From Octopus sinensis (Eukaryota): 64,000 nucleotides of DNA. The stretch covers positions 13,702,001-13,766,000 of the forward strand of contig NC_042998.1 in NCBI RefSeq assembly GCF_006345805.1, in the 5' to 3' direction. A model generated the notes under the pieces. It was given only the letters and a program-made list of their open reading frames with translations. It was not told the origin of the DNA and searched no databases. Each line of letters opens with the position of its first letter. The first letter of the stretch is position 1. Shown here one piece after another: positions 56,714 to 64,000 of this stretch. A program made the translations under genes and the position numbers.

Positions 56714-57016
56714 GGTATTTGTGTGGATGTATATAATATCCTTAAAATTATTTAGCCTCTAGAGTGCGGATATGGTTCTAGGTAACTTGAATCCATGTAA
56801 TTTTATTGCCGCTATTTTGACTCCGGTAAATTGACTGCCAATCAAATATCACTCCTGGTAATTTCACTCCCGATATTAGAAGAAAAAAATCAAAAACATC
56901 GTTGAAATTCATTATTATTGTTGCTGTTGTTGTTGATAATGATGGTGATGATGATGATGATGATCATGATGATGATCATGATATCTTTTCAGTTATCCAT
57001 TCAGATGCTTCATTCA

Positions 57017-57475
57017 GATGCGAAATTAAGTTTTCGCAACTCGAATCCCTACCATAACATACAATGAAGGTTATACCATAATTAATCACATTGGTGAACA
57101 TCATCATATTTCGTGTGCTTCGAAACCGAAAGTTCACAAAACTTTAGCGGATCTAAAAACAAAAGCAGTTGCTTCCCAGACATTTTCTCGTTTATTAATG
57201 CGACTGCTTGTGAAAAGCTTGATGAAAAAATTACTCGCATGCCCTCCTCTTCGTATGTATGTCGCAGTATAAGGAACTAGCGAGATACAAAATTAAGTAC
57301 CCCTCCAATCTCTCAGAATCGATTTGGTTATGAGAAACCTGATCAATGCGTTCCTTGATAATGGTGGAATATACTTGCAGTTTGATAGTGTTGAAACTAA
57401 TGTAGACAGATTATTTGTGTTTGCAACTGATAAAGGGCTTGAATGACTTAGTGAATATAAAATACTGGGCATGTG
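57017..57475 (+). pseudogene. Mutator-like (FLYWCH/MULE) transposase remnant
   Basis: RCE...TRIPT...GEHHH, LKTKAVASQ, RMPS...RSIR, YLQFDS...DRLFVFATDKGL; frameshifts and stops. Confidence 0.6.
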
Positions 57476-57489
57476 AATATAAAACACTA

Positions 57490-57880
57490 GGCATGCAACA
57501 TACAAAGCCATATTTCTATTACCTCAAGACGATCTTCCCTAAAATAAGCGATACCAAGATTATAGAGGGCATATTCATATGACCTCATATTCGTCAACAT
57601 AGCTGATGAGGACTTTGAGGCGACAATAGATGGAACTGAGGTAGCGGTTTGGCATGCATTCAAATATGTCACTGAATATATATACTTTCTCATCTGTCCT
57701 TTCCAGAGAATGCAGGAGATGTGAGTGATGAACATGGAGAGAGGTTCCATCAAGATATAGCGTCCATGGAAATCCGTTATAAGAGAAAATGTAGGCCAGC
57801 TATGTTGGCTGGTTTCTGCTGGAGCCTCAAGCGTGACACAGCTGAAACGTCTGATAAACGAAGAAGTAACAACTAAATCG
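57490..57880 (+). pseudogene. Chapaev-3-like (CMC) transposase C-terminal remnant
   Basis: YFYYLKTIFPKISDTKIIEGIFI*PHIRQ, DEDFEATIDGTEVAVWHAFK, SHLSFPENAGDVSDEHGERFHQDIASMEIRY...AGFCWSLKRD. The family label comes from motif recall. Confidence 0.75.
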
Positions 57881-58294
57881 TAGGTTAATGCATTATATAG
57901 TGCCAACAAGCATGCCGATTCATTATATATTTATGAATTAATTACAATGGACATATTTAATCTGGTTTTGAGAGTAGAATAAATTTATGGTATCGTGGAA
58001 ATTGGTATAAAGTACATAGTTATTAAGTCGGCAAATTACAAGAAAATGTAACGAGATGGGAAATGTTTGTTATAAAATTCAAATTTAGCACAATCAACTT
58101 CAAAGTAAAATGTACGTGAGAACAAAGTCTTTTTTCACTTAACCCTAGAATTGGTTGTACATACTTATCTAAGAACTTCATTACCTTACAGCTGGTATAT
58201 ATTTGTTCCATTATGAGATAGAAGCAGTGCTAATGTTAAAGTGCACACACACACACACACACACCACACACACACACACATATTTGATTTTTGA

Positions 58295-58341
58295 TTTTTC
58301 CAGTTTCAGCTAATGAGCTGTGGCCATGCTGGGGCACCGCC

Positions 58342-58342
<1 letters not shown>
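58295..58342 (-). mobile_element. isolated SINE/LINE-type 3' tail
   Basis: Minus strand ggcggtgccccagcatggccacagctcattagctgaaactgg. Confidence 0.6.
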
Positions 58343-58379
<37 letters not shown>

Positions 58380-58730
58380 ATCCCTGTACCTTCTTGGAAG
58401 TACCGATCAAGATCCATATCCTCAGAGAAGGAACGAGCTGTGAGCATTATTCTCCTGCCTAAATTTTTACCCTTTATTCTTCTATTTTATTCCTTGTAAA
58501 TTGTAATTTTTTCCCAGTCTAAAATATTTACAGCTTATCTCTGATGACACACTGCCCAGTACGTGGATATGCTGTCCTACCGCTTGGTACATATTAAATT
58601 ATTCTAAATGACCTGAGATACTTGTTCTGTCTTGATTTTAATTCTTTTTTCTCTGATATGATATAATATATATTTCCATATCTGTATATTCCAATACAAC
58701 TAAAACTTTGTTTGCATATAACGTAATTTC

Positions 58731-58734
<4 letters not shown>

Positions 58735-58805
<71 letters not shown>

Positions 58806-58844
58806 CACACATATATATATATATATAAATATATATATAGACAT

Positions 58845-58893
<49 letters not shown>

Positions 58894-59074
58894 ATATTAT
58901 ATATATATATATCTATATATATATATATGTCTATCTATCTATCTATCTATCTATCTATATATCTATCTACCTATATATATATATATCTATATATATATAT
59001 ATCTATATATATATATATATCTATATATATATATATAATATATATATATATATATTATATATATACATACACAC

Positions 59075-59130
<56 letters not shown>
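58735..59130. repeat. compound (CA)n/(TA)n/(TCTA)n microsatellite
   Basis: Direct reading. Confidence 0.97.
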
Positions 59131-59131
<1 letters not shown>

Positions 59132-59134
<3 letters not shown>

Positions 59135-59320
59135 GGTCCCGGGTTGATTCGGGGTTAACCACAGTAAGTAAGGTACTCAATACATAGCAGAGTAAAATTA
59201 ATTTATTATTAGAAGGAGCTTCTAAGGACTAGTACTGTTTCATTCAAGAGAAATCTTCAGGAAGCTTCCTGAAGATTTCTCTTGAATGAAACAGTACTAG
59301 TCCTGTAGAAGCTCCTTCTA
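59132..59320. mobile_element. pLTR-like unit ending in a 111-bp palindrome
   Basis: 59210-59264 is the reverse complement of 59265-59320 except for one indel; centre AAG|CTT; (TA)n on both sides. Confidence 0.85.
59263..59313 (+). ncRNA. type I hammerhead ribozyme motif
   Basis: Stem I AGCUUC/GAAGCU, CUGAAGA (59269-75), short stem II UUC/GAA closed by U-U, GAAA (59288-91), stem III ACAG/CUGU, GUA triplet with cleavage predicted after 59307. Confidence 0.7.
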
Positions 59321-59346
59321 TATAATATATATATATATATATATCT

Positions 59347-59403
<57 letters not shown>

Positions 59404-59404
59404 A

Positions 59405-59447
<43 letters not shown>

Positions 59448-59557
59448 GTCTATCTATCTATCTGTCTAACTACTATCTATCTGTCTAACTACCTATCTAT
59501 CTATCTCTCTATATCTATCTATCTATTATCTATCTATCTATATATCTATCTACCTAT

Positions 59558-59614
<57 letters not shown>

Positions 59615-59650
59615 TTGATTTGATATTAAGTACGGTAGGAAAGTAACCTC

Positions 59651-60120
59651 GTGTTTTAACAATTTTTCAAGTCAATCACAGGTGTTTGTCTCCCTTTTGG
59701 AAAACAGGGACTCCTTTAGCTTGCGGACATTCTCGTGAAGTTGCGTGAATAGAACAATGAATAGGCAAATCCAGAGACATTACTCTTGGGTGTATGATTT
59801 GGATTTAGCAATAATTTTCCTTTCTATGAGTGGGTTGCTTATTCTACCTTCTTTTAATGTCCATTTCATATTTGACAGGGATGTTGCATGTCTTTTATTT
59901 TTATCGCTGAAAGGCGCAAGATTTTGTGTATATCTTTCCTTCATCGATCTGTCTGTCATTCCGATATACGTCTTTGCTATTGCGTTTGGTGTCCATCATA
60001 TTAGTCCTTGTATACGTGTCCTTTCTCGAGACATTTGTTGTTTAGAGCGCAGTGGTGTGGGGATCTACAGCTGCATTGTGTTTCTGGTGTGATATTGTAA
60101 TTGAGTATTACGGACCCTAT
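59651..60120 (-). pseudogene. Penelope-like (Neptune-type) GIY-YIG endonuclease remnant
   Basis: CSCRSPHHCALNNKCLEKGHVYK, frameshift, KTYIGMTDRSMKERY...KRHATSLSNMKWTLK...KIIAKSKSY. Confidence 0.85.
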
Positions 60121-60122
60121 AT

Positions 60123-60660
60123 CGAGGACAAAAATACAGGGGACAGGGTACAAAATGTGAAATCTGTATTACTGAAACATTAAAGAGTTTACAATCACTT
60201 CTTAAACATTAGGGGTGAAATATTCTCTCACTGCATACAGAAGCAATATTTTAAACTCAAATATTTCAAAGACGTTACAGATTCTGCAACGGCATTCCCA
60301 CCAGATAGCTACTTTCCTAAACGTGAAATCTGAACACACATGATACAAAATCCATATACAGAAGAAATATACCCCAATGACTAAGTACCGAAGCAAACAA
60401 GAATAGGGACACCATACCCGGAACAAAATCAAAATAATGCAACCAAACTGATAGTACAAAGATTTGTCCAGTAGACAAATCGATGGGGATAAACATCGAA
60501 AAAATGCCACCCAGGAGTGACGTCTCTTTATTTATTGATTAAGTGTTTTATTCACGTGAATTCACGAGAATCCCCGCGTACTGAGTGACGGTATGTTTTC
60601 CAAAATGTAGGCGAACATCTAACACACTCTGTGATCGGACGAAAAAATTGTTAAGGCACT
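60123..60660 (+). pseudogene. Penelope-like endonuclease C-terminus and 3' region in opposite orientation
   Basis: KYRGQGTKCEICITE, frameshift, FLNIRGEIFSHCIQKQYFKL; 60549-60659 is a diverged inverted copy of 59651-59751. Confidence 0.7.
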
Positions 60661-60874
60661 AAGACCTTTTCTGAAAGCAATGGTTGCCTTAATGGTGGCC
60701 ACACTGACCGTTCGACATGTACGTGTGTATATATATATATAATATATATTATATATATATATTATATATATATATATATATATAGGTATGAAAGTATGCA
60801 TTCGTGTGTATATGTATGTGTTTATATATATATATATATATATGTGTGTGTATGTGTGTGTGTGCGTGTGTACA

Positions 60875-60929
<55 letters not shown>

Positions 60930-60950
60930 TATATATATAGTATACAATTA

Positions 60951-61254
60951 GTTTGTTCCTTCTCGAGCCCTACCTGCCTCATAAGGGCCGGTTTCCCGGT
61001 TTCCTTGGCGCATAGGTTCCCCACCTGGACTGGACGCCGGTCCGTCGGAAGTGAGCTGCAAGATGCAGGAGGAAAGAGCGAGAGAAAGTTGCGGTGAAAG
61101 AGTGAGCAGAAGTTCGCCATTACCTTCTGCCGGAGCCGCGTGGAGCTTAGGTCATTTCGCTCATAAACACACACACATCGCCCGGCCTGAGATTCGAAGC
61201 CGCGATCCCTCGACCGCGAGTCCAATGCTCTAACCACTAGGCCATGTGCCTCCA
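60951..61254 (-). mobile_element. SINE family C2
   Basis: Head gtggaggcacatggcctagtggttagagc...ggcttcgaatctcaggccgggcg; microsatellite flanks. Confidence 0.88.
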
Positions 61255-61296
61255 CACAAACACATACACACACACACACATATATACATATATATA

Positions 61297-61359
<63 letters not shown>

Positions 61360-61559
61360 CTGTGTGTGCATGCATATATGTATGTATACAAGTCTCGTCG
61401 TTAAACGCATTAAAGTAATCAAATATAATCAGAAAAGCTACTGCTCTTGTTCCTAGAAATCTCACATTTGTAATAAGGAGCAGTATGAAATATGTTATAC
61501 TTCTAAATACTTCATAATGGAATTTCTTACCATATATTATGGAAATATGTGTATAGTCT

Positions 61560-61790
61560 ATATGAAATATGCTTGGAGGTAGAATTTCCAATTTCTAATG
61601 GAGAGAGAGAGATAGATTGAAGAAGTGAGTTAAAGGAAGCTATGAGGAAGTTGAAGGGGTCCTTATCTAGATTAAATGTCGTACGTCTATTTATGACACG
61701 TTGTTTATTGGAATAGTTATATAGAGACCGCAAGAGCTGTATGAGATGCTTCATATCAATAAAGAAAACTTCATGGAAGTTTTGGATGTT
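61560..61790 (-). pseudogene. possible degenerate RT fragment (RTE/L1-like)
   Basis: Track ORF 61527-61754: FFIDMK..HLIQLLRSLY...SLSPL resembles RT domains 3-4; weak match. Confidence 0.35.
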
Positions 61791-62183
61791 ACTTATGACG
61801 TTATAATAAATCTAAACGTATAAAAAATTTACTTCGTATATATTCATAATTATATACATATACATACAGAGATATATGAGGTATTTTATATATATTTATA
61901 CATGAATGAATATATCTACATATATGTATTATGAATGTAAAATGTTGTTCAAAACTATGAAGCCGGAGCACTGTCTGATTTTTTTGGAATATGAGAAGAC
62001 ATCGCAATATTCAAATTTAATCAAAACCAAAAATAAATTAGATGATAATTAGAGAAAAATCATACGGAGCCAGAAAACACGTGTTGAAAACAATAACGCA
62101 GGGTTGAATAATGTTGCAGAAATGATACAAAACGGGGAAATGATCATATATTTCATTTATATTTTAAATGAACTAAAACAACG

Positions 62184-63087
62184 TTAGTGAGCTTGACCAT
62201 CAACTATCTGAAATAATTCAAAAACACGATTCCATTCTTTCAGTAAACCTCTACAGCAAATCAAATGGAAGCTATACCCATGCTGTCTTAATTGGTGTCT
62301 CGAGTTCCTCAACAGATGAATAATCCTTGTTTTCTTTGTACACACCGTTCGCGAGATATTCCCAGGAACTTTCTATAGGATTATGGTCGGGACTTCTTAC
62401 TGGACATGCATTTTCCTGTTGAAATATAAAGTTCTCACCACGGAGCCTTCTTCATTCTACGTCAGTGTGAGCCCCGTCAAACATATCGATGTATCACACT
62501 GCATTGGAACGGTCATCCTCGATGACAAGAGGCAGCATTCCATGGGCAGATACTGCTCCTCACACCATAAGAGCTCCTTCGCTTTTCCTCAGGAGTAAGT
62601 AGAGTTTTGTATATATTCACGTGTACAGTAATACGTGTAAACACCTGAGCCATCCAAATTCCATTTTTCTCATCAACGAACAGAACCTTGGTCTATTCAA
62701 AATCCCACGTCTGATGCTCCCGGGCAAGCTCCAATTTAAGAGCATTGTGGGAAGTGGAGGCAATAACGGACGTCCTAACAGCTTTTCCAGGAGAAAACAG
62801 CGGGTCAGAACCACTTTACTTACGCCGGATATCGAATCTCCAAATCCGGCTGATGCCTTAAGTTTGGAAACAGAAATGCAGCGTGATTTCTTTACAGCTC
62901 TGACAATAGCCCTTCCAGCCCTTTCAAAATAGCCTTGGGACGTCCCTCTTGGATCTTTCAGAAAATTGTCCATTGGCGTTCTGCTTCGCTGAATCTTCTT
63001 GGCCGTCTTAGGGTTACACATTCCTTCCGCTTTTATGGCAAGAATCTTCTATTGTTAAATATCGTAAAGCGTTGTAGCTGTAGGCAT
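62184..63087 (-). pseudogene. Tc3-like (Tc1/mariner) transposase pseudogene
   Basis: MPTATTLYDI*...RSRTPMDNFLKDP (compare Tc3A MPRGSALSD...RSRHCIRVYLKDP), KVLFVDEK..NLDG, NFIFQQENA, SPDHNPIE, VYKENKDYSSVEEL; multiple stops and frameshifts. Confidence 0.9.
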
Positions 63088-63428
63088 ACTGGAAATGTAG
63101 TGTGGATCACGGTGAATACCAATGAGTCGAATATGTTTCTGAAACAATCAAGAATGAAATGAAAATTTGTTAGCAGTTTTATAGTTTTGAAGTGTTGATA
63201 TGCTAGGGAATATAGGAAAATCAGGTGTTTTGATGTGATAATAAAGGCATAATTTTTACATTTTACGAAATCCACAAAACAACGTATTTCTAATAGATTA
63301 TGCCTCTTAGTTCGTTTCAATACGGAGCTAAATAAACCTGTAGCTTTATAGATGTATATAAATATATGCGGGTGTGTTTGCATGTGTTTCTGTTTGTGCA
63401 TGCACGTATGTATGTATGTATGTCTATA

Positions 63429-63484
<56 letters not shown>

Positions 63485-63589
63485 TACACATACATATATA
63501 CACATACATATATATACACATTGGAGAGAGAGAGAAAGAGTGACAGATATTATGTATACACACGCACCACACACACACACACGCACACA

Positions 63590-63688
<99 letters not shown>

Positions 63689-63950
63689 CACACATACGCC
63701 CATGCATTTGTAATTTCCTGATATATTTGTTCCTCCTCATTTCGGATGATATATAATACTGAAACATAACCACGGAATAGGAAACATGTGGTTTACACCT
63801 TGTTTATAGCCGGTGCTTTGCTGGAACGCCTTTTTTAAAGCTTCTTTTTGAGTATTTTTGCATGAATTTTATAGTTAACGCAAACTCACTCAGCTACGGG
63901 TGCTGTCACGAAAACGCTCTTTGTGTGTGTGTGATGTGTGTTTCTCTCTC

Positions 63951-63985
<35 letters not shown>

Positions 63986-64000
63986 ATATATATATATATA

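Noticed and set aside
58530-58580. CTGATGA-cac...gtg-GATA-tgctgtc after a pyrimidine tract
   Set aside because: GAAA and stem III would need several corrections and stem I does not pair; possibly an ancient relic but not supportable.
61940-61975. ...gaagccggagcactg as a TIR of the Tc3-like element
   Set aside because: Wrong orientation for that end, and no matching inverted copy was found on the other side.

Overview
AT-rich, microsatellite-saturated eukaryotic DNA, with no prokaryotic features and no intact host protein-coding gene that I can recognise. From remembered similarity of the SINE families I infer an octopod cephalopod intergenic or intronic region; this was not checked against a database. 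Most ORFs in the supplied track are translations of (TA)n, (CA)n, (TACA)n, (AAT)n or (CAT)n arrays. The interpretable content is transposon-derived: about 20 tRNA-type SINE copies or fragments from several modular families, CR1-like LINE fragments, R4/Dong-like restriction-endonuclease LINEs sitting in (AAT)n, several Penelope-like (GIY-YIG) remnants, a Tc3-like transposase pseudogene, mariner- and piggyBac-type MITEs, a non-autonomous Helitron, and MULE and Chapaev-like transposase remnants. The most notable signal is a set of at least six minimal type I hammerhead-ribozyme motifs from at least five sequence families, with canonical and variant cores. They lie in short units mostly bordered by (TA)n, and two of them are next to Penelope endonuclease remnants. 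One forms a 111-bp palindrome carrying a hammerhead on each strand. A second signal is a covarying 3' stem-loop shared by one LINE and two SINE-type families. All translations, pairings and coordinates were worked out by eye, so element boundaries are approximate unless a TSD or TIR is given.
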